From contig CAVNZM010000005.1 of NCBI GenBank assembly GCA_963693365.1, forward strand, positions 7,696,710 to 7,760,709: DNA of 64,000 nt. The letters are read 5' to 3'. Under the pieces are notes generated by a model, which saw nothing but the letters and a program-made list of their open reading frames with translations, did no database searches and was not told the origin of the DNA. Of the stretch, positions 1-40,556 are shown piece by piece. Numbering within the stretch: position 1 is the stretch's first letter; each line of letters begins with the position of its first letter. A program made the position numbers and the translations under genes. The stretch comes from Amoebidium appalachense (lineage: Eukaryota > Protista > Ichthyosporea).

Positions 1-37
1 TGTGAGTGTGCTTGTGCTTGTACTGGTGTGTGTGTGC

Positions 38-87
<50 letters not shown>

Positions 88-520
88 CAAGTGTGTGTGT
101 GTGTATGTGTGCAGGGGTGTGTGTGTGTGGTACATGTGTGTACGTGTGTGGGTGTGGATGCACGTGAGTGTGTGTGGGTATGCATGTGCAGGTGTGTGCA
201 CTACACGTGTACGTGTACGTGTCTACGGGAGTACACGGGTGTGCATGGATGTGTGATTGTGTACGTGTGTACGTGTGCGTGTGTGGGCATGTATTTTGAC
301 GGTTAGTAAAGAACATACTGCTTGCTCGTATGTAAACACACTATCGCATAGCATGTATACGCTTTCTTACTCCTATTCTATCCCCATGACCTCCATTACC
401 TTTGCCCCTCCCCATTCTCCTTCCTTCCCCAAAACATTTGTCATATTCGACAGTCCCCGCCCTTCCTCGAACCTCCTCCCCCTCCCACCCCCCCCCTCCC
501 CCGTCCTCCCCCTCTAATAT

Positions 521-582
<62 letters not shown>

Positions 583-777
583 GAAAACATACACCCCCCC
601 CCCCTCTGCCCCACCCACCCAACCAACCCCCAGTCCCCCCCCCCCCCCCCCTCCCCCCCCAAAAGGGAAAGGAAAAAAAACCTGCCCTTCTCAACATCAA
701 ATTCAACATTCTACTTCTCCAATTGCCTTCCCCCCCCCCCCCCCCCCCTCCCCCCCCCCCCCCCCCCCACCTCCATC

Positions 778-810
<33 letters not shown>

Positions 811-861
811 ACAAAAAAGCAACAAAAAAAAATGAAAACAAAAAAACAGTAAACAATCCGT

Positions 862-913
<52 letters not shown>

Positions 914-1075
914 TCACCCCCCCCCCCCCCCTCCCCCCACCCCCACCCCTCCCCCCCCCCTTCCCCCCACCCCACAGATACCCCCCTCTCCCTCCCCCCC
1001 TCCGGGCCATATACTAAAACAAAACGACTAAATAGATCGATCAAGCAAAGAAAACTCCAGCAAACACCCACTTAC

Positions 1076-1719
1076 CTATGCCCGGTATCAGCACGTTGAC
1101 GAATGCCAGCACCCCGGCAGCCCAGTAGGGCATGACCGGCACTATGCCCTCAAACACCCGGTCGAGACGGTCCAACGCACCCCCCTGTGTACGCTATTCT
1201 TAGTATCCTACACGCTATTCTTGGTATCCTACACACTATTCTTGGTATCTTACACACTATTCTTGGTATCCTACACGCTATTCTTAGTATCCTACACGCT
1301 ATTCTTAGCATCCTACACGCTATTCTTAGTATCCTACACACTATTCTTCGTATCCTACACGATATTCTTAGTGTCCTACACGCTAATCTTAGTATCCTAC
1401 ATGCTATTCTTAGTCAGGGCCTACCCGCTATGATTAGTATTCTACACGCTATTCTATGCTATTCTTAGTATCCTACATGCTATTCTAAGTCAGGGCCTAC
1501 GCGCTATTCTTAGTAATCTACACGCTATTCTTATGGTATTCTTAGTATCCTACATGCTATTCTAGAATCCTACACGCTTATTCTCAGTATCCTGCATGCT
1601 ATTCTTAGTGCTACAACTGTTATCTATTGCTCTCTGATCTCCGATGAAAATCAAATATGAAATATCCGAATCTGCGTTTCTAGGCATTGCTCCCCCTGTG
1701 TGTGTGTGTGTGTCTGTGT

Positions 1720-1803
<84 letters not shown>

Positions 1804-2382
1804 ACGTGTGCGCATGTGCACAAGTGTGTGTGTGCATGTATGTCTCTGTGTGTGCCTGTGGTGGACAAGTGGCACACACGCATCATCCTGCATGATGTCC
1901 AGTGTGCCCAACCACCCACCCGACAACCTTTAACGTCGCCCACTATAATCATACCGAAAGCATTAAAGGAAACTCACCAAACCATTTGACGGTTTGCTTT
2001 TTATCTTCTCCGTAAGCCCAGACTCTGCCGCTGTCTGTAAGACGACCTGACCGTAACTTAACGTAAATGAGCAAGCACTTCCATGAAATTTCATGCCAGA
2101 TTTCGGATTTGGGCACTTCAAATCAAGCCAACAAATGCGCGAAACCACAACTTTACAACCAAAAAGTCAGTGTGCAATATCTCCTGGGAGGGGTTTTTTT
2201 GAAGGTTTAAAGAAATTTCGACTTTGCTTGAACCCACCAAGTGCACAAGCACGAAAACAAACGGCCCACATAAAAATGATTTGTTTGGGTTAAAAAATTG
2301 AAAAATGGGGGGTAATTATTGACAGGGTTAAGCAGAATTCCCAATCTATACGCCCACCGAAAATGCAGTGAGTGCACACACA

Positions 2383-2452
<70 letters not shown>

Positions 2453-2582
2453 CAGATACAAGCACACATGCAGGGGTTCTGTGCGAAATCCTGACTGGGG
2501 TGCGTGTGCACTGGTTTGGGCATTATGGAAAAGAGGGCAAGAATGTGCATGCGTGTCCACATTATGGTGTTATGATTTTGTG

Positions 2583-2677
<95 letters not shown>

Positions 2678-4213
2678 CGTGCGTGCGCGTGCGCGTGCAT
2701 GCAAGTGTGTGTGTGCGCGCGCGTGTGTATGTGTGCGCATGCATGCGTGTGGGTAACTAATACTGTTGTCACTTTTTTCTTCAACAGTGCTCCTTGATGC
2801 AGGTATCATAGGTGTCCTATATCCGTGTGTGCATGGTTTATTTTTATGAGTATGCCACACAGTGAGTGAGTGAGTGAGTGAGTGAGTGAGTGAGTGAGTG
2901 TGTGTGTGTGAGTGTGTGTATGTATTTCACAGTGAACGCAGGTGCGGACTTGCGTCTCTCTGTGTGTGTGCGTGCACGTGTGTGCCATTTCACACAGCTG
3001 CTGCACGTGAAAAACGTGTGCATGAAGTTCTCCATAGCCGCAGAACCATGCAAATCAAATTGGTGCAAGTGATTTCCCAGAACCCCTTTCCTACCCCAGA
3101 TATCTTTTCAACCCCAACCCCCCCCCCCCCCCCCCCCCCTCCTCAAGCACAAAAACACCTACATGGTCTGGGTCCACAGTCTCTGGTGATGGGGTATTCT
3201 CCACTGGAACATGGCTCCTGTAAGCAGGGATACCTCTCCGTTCAGCAAGCACAGAAACTCATCTTTCCAGGAAACACAATCCATCAATCGGGCCCGCCTT
3301 AGCACCAATAGCTATTATATGAATGGACAGATTTGGGGATGCATGAACTAAAAGCTGCGTGTGTAATAGGGGCGGTGGAGAGAGGCGGGGCGGGGCAGTC
3401 ACAGAATGGAGGATGAGAGTTTTGGTCAGATACCGACATCATGGTGATCTGGCTAATAGACATGCTCCACCTTTTAAAAGAGGGCTTTCAGCATCAAGCA
3501 TAAAGCTCCGTAAAGTGATACACGGCAAAGAACAGGGCAAGGCGGCAGGAAGAAATGGTGGTGAAGCGGCCAGGGGGAAGAGGGGGGGGGGGGGGGGGGG
3601 GAGGGAGGGAAGGGGGGGATGAAAGAGGGGGAGGAGAAGGGGGAGAGAGAGGGAGTTTCTAACTCGAATACAACCATGCAAGAACCACAAACAGAAAGCC
3701 GACGAAGTAACCCGGGTGTAGCAATATATTTTCAGGAGAAAATAGGTACATCAGGATGACATGAAGTTCCAAGAGCATACCTTTGGGTGGTGAAAACGTG
3801 AACGGGGTATTTGTAGTCCTCACGCTCCCCCGTAAATGTCACTGAGTCAGTGTCCTCCTCCTCCTCCGCCCTCCTTCTCGCCTGCAACAAAGCCATGTGT
3901 GTGTAAATACTGGTTTATTAAGCATTCTATTTCCTTGTTTCTGTAGCATGGAATCAGAATCTCGTAAAGGGCAGCAATTTAGCAAAGAACGCACCATATT
4001 TACAGTCAGCATCAGACACTGAACCGAAGCCTTCCCTAGTTACCTTCCCTGCCTGCCCCCCCCGCCCGCCCGCCCTCCCCTTCCTTCCCACCACCGCCAT
4101 CATCCTCCGCATTGGATGAAAGGCCTTACACGCCTTACCTGGCAAGCGTAGAGAAACAAGTCGTGGGTGGGAGTAACTTTCACCGCTGGTGGTATGTAGA
4201 TAGGATGGGGCAT
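1076..4213 (-). CDS. Stum/SPEC3-like membrane protein, 5' part; 3' exons probably lie beyond the left edge of the window
   Basis: Phase-consistent GT-AG exons 4213-4139 (MPHPIYIPPAVKVTPTHDLFLYACQ), 3881-3781 (ARRRAEEEEDTDSV...), 3217-3163 (SHVPVENTPSPETVDPDH) and 1184-1076 (GGALDRLDRVFEGIVPVMPYWAAGVLAFVNVLIPGI-G, donor GTAAGT). The last exon resembles the recalled Spec3/stum motif 'IPxMPxxxAxxxxxxNxxIPGxG'. Extra internal or upstream exons (e.g. 4468-4384) are possible. Confidence 0.6.
1188..1610. repeat. 21-bp minisatellite (CTACACGCTATTCTTAGTATC, ~18 degenerate copies), intronic
   Basis: Direct tandem repeats are visible. They begin immediately upstream of the acceptor at 1185-1186 of the minus-strand gene. 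Confidence 0.95.
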
Positions 4214-4560
4214 GGTACTTTTCGATGACTGGTAGGCAGCATGGCTTGACATGTGACAGTTAAGCAGGCACGAAAATACGTTTACCGGTTGTTACTTAGG
4301 TTCGGACAGTGAGTCAACCAAATTGATGGTGATAGAAACCGTGCAGTGTTGTTTGAAACAAAATGAAATGCTCAAACCAATACCTCATTGAAGCCGGCGG
4401 CCACTATCACGATCACGATGCCCAAGATAACAAGAGCGGTGACTTGATAAATGCACAAAACATTATAGCTGTGTGTTGACTGGATTATACAACTAAAACT
4501 AGCCGTTTTTCGTAAATAAGATTTAAAAAATGATCTTAATCATGTAGAAATAAAACAGGA

Positions 4561-30591
<26,031 letters not shown>

Positions 30592-30906
30592 GGTCTTCGC
30601 TGATCCCCCGGGGGGGGCGGGGAGGGGGAGGGGGGGGGGGGGGGAGGGGGAGGGGGGCTCTGCCAGAATAACGGGCGTACCCATCTTCTTTTCCTAACAA
30701 ACAAGGGTGTCACTTTTTGCAGGGGCACCCGATGTGGATACGCTGTTCCCAAGTGAAGAAAAGACGGAGGAGGCATAGCGAGGGGGGGGGGGGGGGGGGG
30801 GGGATGGCAAAAGTTGCCCCTCTCCTGCCCCGTTTGTGTTCTTGACATCTTATGTGGCCGGTGGAATTTAGCTTTATATCGTATGATAATTTATTTTCAA
30901 GCACCC

Positions 30907-30943
<37 letters not shown>

Positions 30944-31165
30944 CTCCCTCCCTCCCTCCCCTGTTACGTGTTTTTCGCCACTTGAAAGCAGAGGGAATGT
31001 GGTTTTGTATATTATTTGTAATAGTGATCTACAGAATCTATTGATGCTTTTGGTGGCGCCGGTGGTGGTTGGGGGAGAGGGGGAAACCCGGGAGGAGGAG
31101 AGGAGGGGGGGGGGGGGGGGGGGGTGGACTGTATTAAATGTTTGTGTTGCCTAGTTGTGAGAATG

Positions 31166-31171
31166 AATAAA
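31166..31171 (+). terminator. Candidate polyadenylation signal of the Munc13-like gene
   Basis: AATAAA ~575 nt after the stop codon, followed by GT/T-rich sequence. Confidence 0.3.
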
Positions 31172-32600
31172 ATCTGATGTGTGAGTAGTTCCTTGCTGGC
31201 TCTATGTTGTGTTTGTTGCTATGGAATGAAAGTCAGACGCCAAATTTAGGAAAGAACAAGTATTATTTATCATGATGGCAATACTTTGCATGAATAACAA
31301 AACTAATTAATCGGCCCCAAAAACCGAAATCCACGAATGGCCGAAAAAATGGCCATATATGTATAGCTGGCTGCATGATTCACAGCCAATCAAATGGGAC
31401 ACTGATGTACAAATTTAAATAGCAATAAAGGGAATTCCGCTGCTTGCTTGTACGTGGCTGTCTGTCTTACAGATCAGTCTGGCCCCACCATGCTTACGCC
31501 TGAAATACATTGACACCAAGGTACCCAAGACTGGGTAAGGGAGGGGGGGGAGGGGGAGATGGGGGAGGGAGGGGGAAGGGGGGACGTCATGGCAGGGTTA
31601 TGTAGTGAAGGATTCGAAAGGGAACAGGTATATTTGTATGTAACTTACAGTATGATACAGTAGTTTACATAATGCATAGGAACGGCAGGTTGTCGATTAT
31701 TATTCAACTTTTGGGTGCACTACAGTCTTGTGTAATCGTGTATGTGGGTGAGCCGGGCAGGTGGGCCCGGGTGGTCACAGTTTGTGCACGTACGGAGGGT
31801 AATTTAAAATATGCGCGCGCGCGTGTGTGTGTGTGTACACATTTATATGCGAGCGCGCGCGCGCACGCGTTACGGTGTGTGTGTGTGTGTGTGTGTGTGC
31901 ATGTGTGCGTTGTGTGAAGATTGTATGGGTGATAGATTAGAGAAGCACTGACCTGTTTTAGTGTGTCACTCTGAATGCACTTGAAATGATCGGCCGGGGT
32001 CATGCTGTCATGACGTCATTGAGCCTTACATGCGGAAAGCGCGATTTAGACTATAGTCTTTCTGCTCAATACTGCTACATCATCATTGTTACTGAAACGC
32101 TCCTGTTTTGGCTTTTGCCGCGTAAGCGTTGCTTAGGCTATGTGCACGGTGGGCCTCACGCGCGCGCGCGTGTGTGCACACGACTTCAGACTCAGTCTCA
32201 AGTATAGCGCATATGTTCACGGGGAGCGGAGAGCAACAGTGCTGTGCGTGTGTTAGGACGGGTTGAGTTTAATTTAGTGGTAGCCAGACCTACACACAGG
32301 CGCATGTGCGAAGACACCCACACACCCACACGCACAGGGACAAGCTACACAATCCCCGGGGTTCGTGGTGTCTACATACCTAACGGCGAGCACCACTCCT
32401 CCCCAGTAGGTTACAGGAACTTTTGTGTTCTTTGAAAGTCCTCAACTAAACGAGAAAGTATAAAACCTTAGCTCTGTGTCTAGATATATGCGCCAACGCC
32501 AGAGGGCTAGCTTAGATTTGATAACAAAGGTCAGGTCGAGACGTCAATTCGTTGACTCGCTTTCTGTAGTCACCTTTTCCTGTTACGTTTCACCTTTTTT

Positions 32601-32906
32601 ATGAAAATGCTCGTGAGGCAAGCGGCAAGAAGAGCAGTCCAGTCTGCGTGTGCACACAGAGTAAACCATGGTAAGTGCGCCCTCCCCTTGGCTTACTTCC
32701 ACTTGGCATGCTTATTCCTAAGATGCTCGTCTTGCCCTTTTGTCTGGTGTTGAAACGGAGAGAGCAAGGACCAAAAAACCGCTGTATTTGCGGAATTTTT
32801 GTACACATGATTGAAGCAGTGTAGGCAGCTGGATCCATGTTTTGTGCTGGCACGAGCTTTTTCACTCCCTCTCATTCTCCCTTTTCTCCGTCACACACAC
32901 ACACAC

Positions 32907-32943
<37 letters not shown>

Positions 32944-33118
32944 TCTCTCTCTCTCTTACTCTCTCTCAGCCCCCTCTCTTTCTCCCTCCCTCTTTCCCCC
33001 CTCTCGCGCGCTCTCTCTCTTTCTCTCCCTCCCTCCCTCCCCCCTTTCCTCCTTCCGGCCTCCCTTTCTTCCCCCCCCCTCTTCACACATTTGCACACAG
33101 TCTACCTCCTCTCTCTCT

Positions 33119-33210
<92 letters not shown>

Positions 33211-33405
33211 ATTCCCCCCTCTCTCACCCCTCCCGCTCATTTCTCCCCTATTCATCTGTTCTTGTTTAACTCTATGCCTCTGCTTCTGTTTGCTTGTCGT
33301 TCCTCCTCTACGCTCCTGCGCTCTCTGTACCCCCCGTAAAGGCTCTCTCTCTCTCTCTCTCTCTCTCCCCCCCCCCCCCCCCCTCTCTCCCTCACCCCCC
33401 TCCCC

Positions 33406-33453
<48 letters not shown>

Positions 33454-33680
33454 CATAAGTTAAACAGTGCTAAACTTTTTGTGCTCTCCAGACACACTGT
33501 GACTGCAAGTTCTCTGCCAAGTCTCAAAGTGGCTTTCTGCCTCTCAGATGGGAACTCGGTGTACAGGCTTGAAGTTCATAAATAGTGTAGATATATTGGA
33601 AGCGGGGTGTGTGTGTGTGTGTGCATGGTATGTGTGGGTGTGTTTGTGTGATGGGTGTGTCTGTGTGTGTAGTAGGTGTG

Positions 33681-33736
<56 letters not shown>

Positions 33737-33993
33737 TGTGTGTGTTTATGTGTGTGTGTGTGCTTGGGGTAGTGTGTGGGTGTTGGGTAGTGGGTGGGTG
33801 GGTGTGGTTGTGTGTGTGGGGGGGGGTGAGGGGGGGGGGGTGAAAGGGGGGGATGGGGGGGGGGGGAGGGGGGACTGAACTCACATGTGTTTGGCATTGC
33901 AGGGGCAGCCGTCCAGGTGGCCCGAACACTTACCGTGTCGGCCGTAAGGAGAAATGCTGCACAGGCCCAAGGTCGGTGCCGTATGTATTTCAT

Positions 33994-34029
<36 letters not shown>

Positions 34030-34324
34030 CTATATGTTTGTTTCTGTTTTGGTGGGGGATGATGGGGGAGGGAGGGAAAGCAAGGTGTACTCTCTGTCGC
34101 CTCGATGTACATCGTGTGGAATGCTCAAAAGGGTGAGCTAACCAATGAAGTTGCGAAATGGGTAGGGAAAACGGGCAGGGGGCAGGGGGAAAGAGGGCGA
34201 CGGCTGGGAGGAGGGGGGGGGGGGGGGAGAGGGGAGAGGGAGATGGTGGTGATGGTGGCACCAGTTTTATAAAAGGGAAAAAAGGATTCATTTCTACTTT
34301 TTTGTGGGTGAGGTAGGGGTGAGA

Positions 34325-34387
<63 letters not shown>

Positions 34388-34624
34388 CTTTCTTTTGGGG
34401 GGAAGGGGAGAGGTGGGGGGGGGGGAGGGGGGATGGGAGGAGGAGGATTCTTTTGTCTTGGTGATAGTAAGGAGAAAGGGGGGGGGGGGGGGTAGTCCCG
34501 CGTATTCGTTTATCCCGTTCCTGGCCTTCTTTCTTTTTCCACAACCCACCTTCATAATTGGGCTGGTTTGCTGTTCCATGTGTTTGTTTCATCGATCCCC
34601 CTCCCTCCGGTCCCTCTCCCCATC

Positions 34625-34658
<34 letters not shown>

Positions 34659-34979
34659 CCCCCCCCCCCCTCCCCGCCGACCCCCGGCCCCTGTTTTTTG
34701 TGTGTGATGATGGTAGTTGTGCGTGATTGATTTTACTTTCTGCTAGGTTAACGATAACCTGTTTGGTGTGTAGGGCGGGATCCAGAGTCTATCCTTGGAG
34801 AGATCAAGACGCACTTTGGGGAGTACACGACAGCAAAGGTTGCCCTGTTGGTGGACCTGGTCAGGTCGGCATCACAGGATGAACATTTGGATGCGGTGAA
34901 GGTACGTGCATGGGTGGGTGGATTGGTAGTTAGGTTTTCGTGGGGAGGGGAATGGAGGGAGAGGGGGGGGGGGGGGGAG

Positions 34980-35042
<63 letters not shown>

Positions 35043-36139
35043 CGGGTGGGTGGGTGTGTGGGGGAGGGGTGGGACTAGGTGTGCGTGTGTGTGTGGGGGG
35101 GGAAGGGGGAGGGGGGAAGGGGTATGGGTTACGTGGGATCGTGGAGGGCTGGGAGTGGGCTTTTCTTTCCCTGTGTGCCTGCATGGGTGTTGCATGTGTT
35201 TGACGTCTTCATGCTACCCGATTAAGCAAACCAGCGCCGTACCCTATATTCAAACTCTGTGCACGACTCTCCACCCCGCTACATCCACATGTACAATCGT
35301 ATTTTTTTTCGGAATTTCGGTGTTGGTCAAGATTTACGTTGTAGAACCCGCCTTGTCCAACATGCAAATTCACACACAAACCCCCCCAGGATGGTCTAAC
35401 ACAGTACCGTGAGAGGTACCTGACGATGGTGTCCAACGTGGGGCCTGCCCTTGTCGAGTCATGCTTCAGAATCGACACAGAAACGGTGTGTGCCCTTATG
35501 TCTCTCCTCGTTGTGCATTTGGTCTTCTCAATGCTAAAAATATTGCATGTTTACAATATTGCTGTGCCGTTGAAGACGGGCCCGGCTGTGGTGGTGGTAG
35601 TGGTGGTGGTGACGGCGGGTGGCCCCGGGGGGGGGGGGGGGGGGGGGGGGGAGGGGGGGGGGGAAGAAGGGGGAAGGGGAGGAGCGGGGGGCGGGGGGGG
35701 GAGGGGGGGGGGGGGGTTGGATGATGGGATCAGTAGTTGAAAAGAGGAATCTTGTGTGGTTCGGGCAAGACCTTGGGCAATGTCTAATGAGTGTAGAAGC
35801 AATTGCTTGGATCTGAATGTATGTGAGGAACCCGCAAGTGCAGGAGTAGAAAGGAACACGTACATGAAAGCTGGAGCAGGGAGAGGTGGGGGGGGAGGGG
35901 GGAGGCTTACACATGGGTTGTGTGTGGAGGAAAACATGGGCAACCATATGCTGTATGCGTATTGGGTTGGGTGTTTCTATGTGCACAGCCATTGTGCCAA
36001 ACGGAGCGAGCTGATTACTGACACACAGATACACACACTTGGGCACACGCACAACCTGTCATGTCCACAAAAACACAAACACACACATGCACCAACACAC
36101 ACATGCGCGCGCACACACACACACACACAAACACACAAA

Positions 36140-36181
<42 letters not shown>

Positions 36182-36798
36182 CACGCACACAAACACACGT
36201 GTATGCGTACACACACACACATGCACGCACACAAACACACGTGTATGTGTACACACACACGTACACGTACAGGCACTGAGCACGCTTGTCGACATTCTGG
36301 GGCACCCCCGGCAGTACCGTGTGTTCCTTGACCCCCCCAGTGCCCTCGCCACCATGCAGCAGCTGCTTGCAAAGGGCAGGCCCGAGGATGTCTTCACTCT
36401 GTTTGCCGTCTACCAGGAGGATTTGGTGAGTATATAGACGTGCAGGCACACATGCAAACACGTGCGCACACAAGTGCAGGCACACACGCAAGTACGTTCA
36501 CACACATGCGGGCACCCTTGCAGGCACCCAAACGAACATGCACACGCGTGCATACACACGCACAAGCTCTCACACACATAAAAAAATTCAATTTCTTTTT
36601 TTAAATAAATAAATAAATTTGTTCCCCAAGAAAAAAGAAGAGGGGCCGAATAGAAAGGGTGTCCACCCCCCCTATAGGAGGGCTATTATAAAAATATGGT
36701 ATACCCCCCCGTGTCCGCACGTGCACCCACATGCACAGACATATCGACGTACATATATGCGTCGAACACACTATGCACACATCCAGGCATACAGAGGA

Positions 36799-36829
<31 letters not shown>

Positions 36830-37251
36830 AACCAGAGAGGGAGAGGGGGGGAGAGAGAGAGACATACACGTTTGCGCACGGATGTGCACATGCACAGAAA
36901 CGTGTGCACTTACTTGATCATGCCTGCATACTTTGAGTATAGGCACTGTTATGCATGCCTGACACTCCAACATGGTGGCGAGATAAACACAGCCAGGCGC
37001 GGTAATGTTGGTGTTTTGCGCAAGGTGTCTATACAGCAGATAAAAATGTGAGAGCATGTGCCTGCACATGTCGGATTCTGTTGGTATCTTGCCTTGTGTA
37101 CATTTTCAAGTAAGGCAAAAGTCACCCACTTTATGCATTGGCTCCACAACATTCTCCCGTCAATGTGCCAAATCTTCACCTGGCAACAACAAAGTTAACA
37201 CGCACCCCACATAAAAACCCTGGTACACACACTCTCTCTCTCGCTCTCTCG

Positions 37252-37320
<69 letters not shown>

Positions 37321-37933
37321 ACAAACAGTATCAGGATGCCAGTGCGTATGCTGTTCTTTTCTCAGCCGGCAGCCAGTCTGAGGCCGTGTGGCCACGTGCG
37401 CAGCAGGCCTATGAATACTGCTTGCAACATGGTGTGCCCCTGACCATGCAGGTAAGCATATCCCCTTGTCTTTGATACATGTTAGACCATTAATGGCAAT
37501 AGCATTGCATGCTAGATTCTCTTGGCTTCTCTAAGATAATTGGAGCCTTCAGAAAGCTTGTTAGAATCCCATCTCCCTCCCTCTCCTCCTTTCCACCATT
37601 ACCACCACCACAAAAAAAAAAAAAAAAAAAAAAAAAAACAGAATAAAAAAAGAATCGAGCGGGAAAAACTGCTGGGCCACATCACCCCCCCCCCCCGGGG
37701 GGGGGGGGGGGGGGGGTTGCGATGAAACCACGTTTGTAGATTCCACCATTTGCCGGTTTTGTCCGTGCATTTTTGACCGGTGACATGCACCAAAACCTTG
37801 GCATGACATTCTAACTAATGGCTGCACAGGGCCACCTCTGCATGGCCGAGGCCACCCTGCAGCACGATAAGGCAGCCGCTGTGTTTGCCCTCCTGGACAA
37901 GGCTAAGAAGGTAGGGCTCAACAACCCCCCTCT

Positions 37934-37968
<35 letters not shown>

Positions 37969-38501
37969 ACGCACACACGCACACACCACCAAACACAATA
38001 CGCGAGTGCCTATGGGAACAACACACACACATAGACACACACGTGCTCACGCTCACATTGACACACACGAACACACGAACGGTGTGTGCGCGCACACACA
38101 ATAATAACATTGACAGGGGTAGTTGCATGAGAGGAAACGACACCTGAACACCCTTACTGTGTCTATCCCCCCCCCCCCCCCCCCACGTGGCACACCCTCC
38201 CCCCGTGCTCCCGTTCCCCCTCAACTAATTTTCCATTCGCCAGCAAGCATACTTACTAACCTCTCCTCCCCCCCCCCCCCCCCCCCCCCCTTCCTCCCCC
38301 AGCACACACACGCACACACACACACACACACACACATGCACATGCACACACGCTCATATACACATACACACACACACACACACACAAAAAAAAACAAAAA
38401 AAAAAACACTGCCTTATCTAGCACAATCTTGCCGACTCTCTCGAGACGGTCACCATCCGTGCACGGGCATTGGCAAAGGCCGGCGATCTATTGGTAACCA
38501 T

Positions 38502-38550
<49 letters not shown>

Positions 38551-39179
38551 CGCTTCTGCTTACTGCTGCAACTTTAACCCCCGGCCTTTCCCACTGCCCT
38601 TGCCTGCATAAGTAACCCTGCTCGTCTCTGATCAAGACGGGTGACCTACTCATGCTCAATTGAAACAGTATCTGAGTTGGGGTTCGTAAACGAGGTGAAT
38701 AGGTCGAAACTCGGGTACTGTGGATGACATGGGCCCCCCCTGAGGATGGGCTCTGCTTATTATGCATACTATTTATGTATGGTTTGCATTCCGCATCGTG
38801 TTATCCGTTGTTCTTGTGTACTTCGTACTTTATGACGCATTCAAACCCCCCCCCCCTCCCCCTCCCCCCCCCCCCCCCCCCCCCCCCCCTTCCCCTCCCC
38901 ATGATTTCTGTGTGTAGAGCATGTCGTATGTGCGTATTATGTATTTCCGATTTTCAGTTCAAATAGCCGAGCTAGAATATATTCGTTTTTAGATTTTTTG
39001 GCATAATCAAACACCTGGTCTAACGGGGCTTCGTTCTCCAAAGTATATTTACACGTGCATCACAATATTAAGTGACTCGAGTGTAAAAATACACATATTA
39101 CATGCCCCACAATGGGAACTTTTGGTTCCCCCCTTCCCCCTCCCCCCGCCAAACAAAAAAAAAACAAAAAAAGAAAAAA

Positions 39180-39210
<31 letters not shown>

Positions 39211-39312
39211 AGAGAGAGAGAGAGAGAGAGAGAGAGACAAGGATGGCAGCTTTTTTTTTTTTGCATGGGGACTTGGTTTGTGCTTGGGCTTTTCTTTCTT
39301 CTTCTTTTTCCC

Positions 39313-39357
<45 letters not shown>

Positions 39358-39872
39358 CTTCAAAAGGTGAATCTTGGAATCTTTTAGTTGCTGACGATTT
39401 ATGTCTGGGGCCACAGGGAGCTATCGGTCAGCTGAAGGCCGCAGAGAAACTGCCGGCCGGCACATTCCCAGGCAGTGTCAGTGACGTCATCAATGCCGTG
39501 GTGGACTCGGGGGATGAGGGCCTCGCTAAGGTGGGTGGGTGTTGGGGGGGGGGGGGGGGGGGGGGATGCACTAGAACTGTGATGTGCTTTTTCTTACTGG
39601 AGGAGAAAAGAGTAAGCAGAGGGAAGGGGTTCGAGGGGGGGGGGGGGGGGGGGGGGGGGGTTGGAACACATAGAAAGAATGGAATGTAGGAGAACGGGTG
39701 TGAGAAGGGGAGAGTCACGAATACAGGGACACAGTGTGAAGAGTGCTCGAACCACCCCGGGGGGGGGGGGGGGGGGGGGGGGGGCTCCTTACTGATGTGT
39801 GGGTTTGGGGGGGTACAGGAGTTGGAGAGTGCAAAGGCAGCGCTGAGGGCAAAGAATCACGTGATCCAATAA
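32601..39872 (+). CDS. PTCD2: Mitochondrial pentatricopeptide-repeat protein, PTCD2-like; 10 exons, ~319 aa
   Basis: Exons 32601-32670, 33903-33971, 34774-34901, 35390-35485, 36273-36425, 37329-37451, 37830-37910, 38422-38493, 39417-39530, 39819-39872 (TAA) join in frame. Arg-rich, acid-free presequence MKMLVRQAARRAVQ...VARTLTVSAVRR. VGPALVESCFRID and VFLDPPSALATMQQLLAKGRPEDVFTLF resemble recalled PTCD2 segments (FGPLFVRLCYELD; FFSDSTSFNILMDMLFIKG). Confidence 0.7.
38718..38845 (+). repeat. Intronic sense-oriented element, young copy (PTCD2-like intron 8)
   Basis: About 7 differences over ~128 nt from the reverse complement of 58869-58998; followed by poly-C. Confidence 0.95.
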
Positions 39873-40519
39873 CCGTGGCTGGTGATTGGTTGATCGGAGG
39901 AAGGCTGGAGAAGATGAGGAACATCAGGGTGAGGGGAGGGGAGGGGGTTGGCGGTTTGGGGGGGGGGGGGGATGTTTAAAATCCTCCACGCGCCGTCGCG
40001 CCGCCTCCACGCCCCACCGACACACACACACACAAACACTGTATAAGCACACATACACTTCCTGATTTCTCTTTGCCTCACCTAATTTCGTTCTAAGGCT
40101 TATTGTTTCATACGTTCGCGGTGTGGGAACATGGAATGTAAAAGTAGTGGGACTTGACGGAGCCTGCAATCGTGATCGTAAGCCATACTAGCGTGCTTGT
40201 GTTTTGGGGGTGAAAAAGCATGCATGCAGTTTTCGGAGACATTTAAGGCCGATCAAGCATATCGCATTTGCACAAACATTCAATTTGCTGCATGTACATG
40301 TTCTGAGCTGGCTGTCGTTTTCATTTTTTTTTCTCCTCCTTTCGTTCTAGTCTCGTTTTTCATTTCAGGTGTTTATGTGCTAGCAAATGGCCCATCTATG
40401 TGTGATGCAAGTAGCATACTATATGTGTCTAGGGTGTATGTTTAGTGATTGCTGTGCCCTGCCGGACCAGGTGTTGCAGCCCAAATGCATCGAACTTTTC
40501 CATCCTCCGAAGTTCCTCT

Positions 40520-40556
<37 letters not shown>

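Noticed and set aside
1187-1468. 93-aa heptad-repeat ORF, or a CRISPR-like array
   Set aside because: It is a plain 21-bp tandem minisatellite with no unique spacers, in a eukaryotic intron.
1857-1927. Candidate exon with a GC donor in the stum-like gene
   Set aside because: Its phase is incompatible with the flanking exons, which join directly without it.
1929-2331. piggyBac-like MITE (TTAA ... AGGGTTAA) in the stum-like intron
   Set aside because: The right end looks plausible but the left end does not form a convincing inverted repeat.
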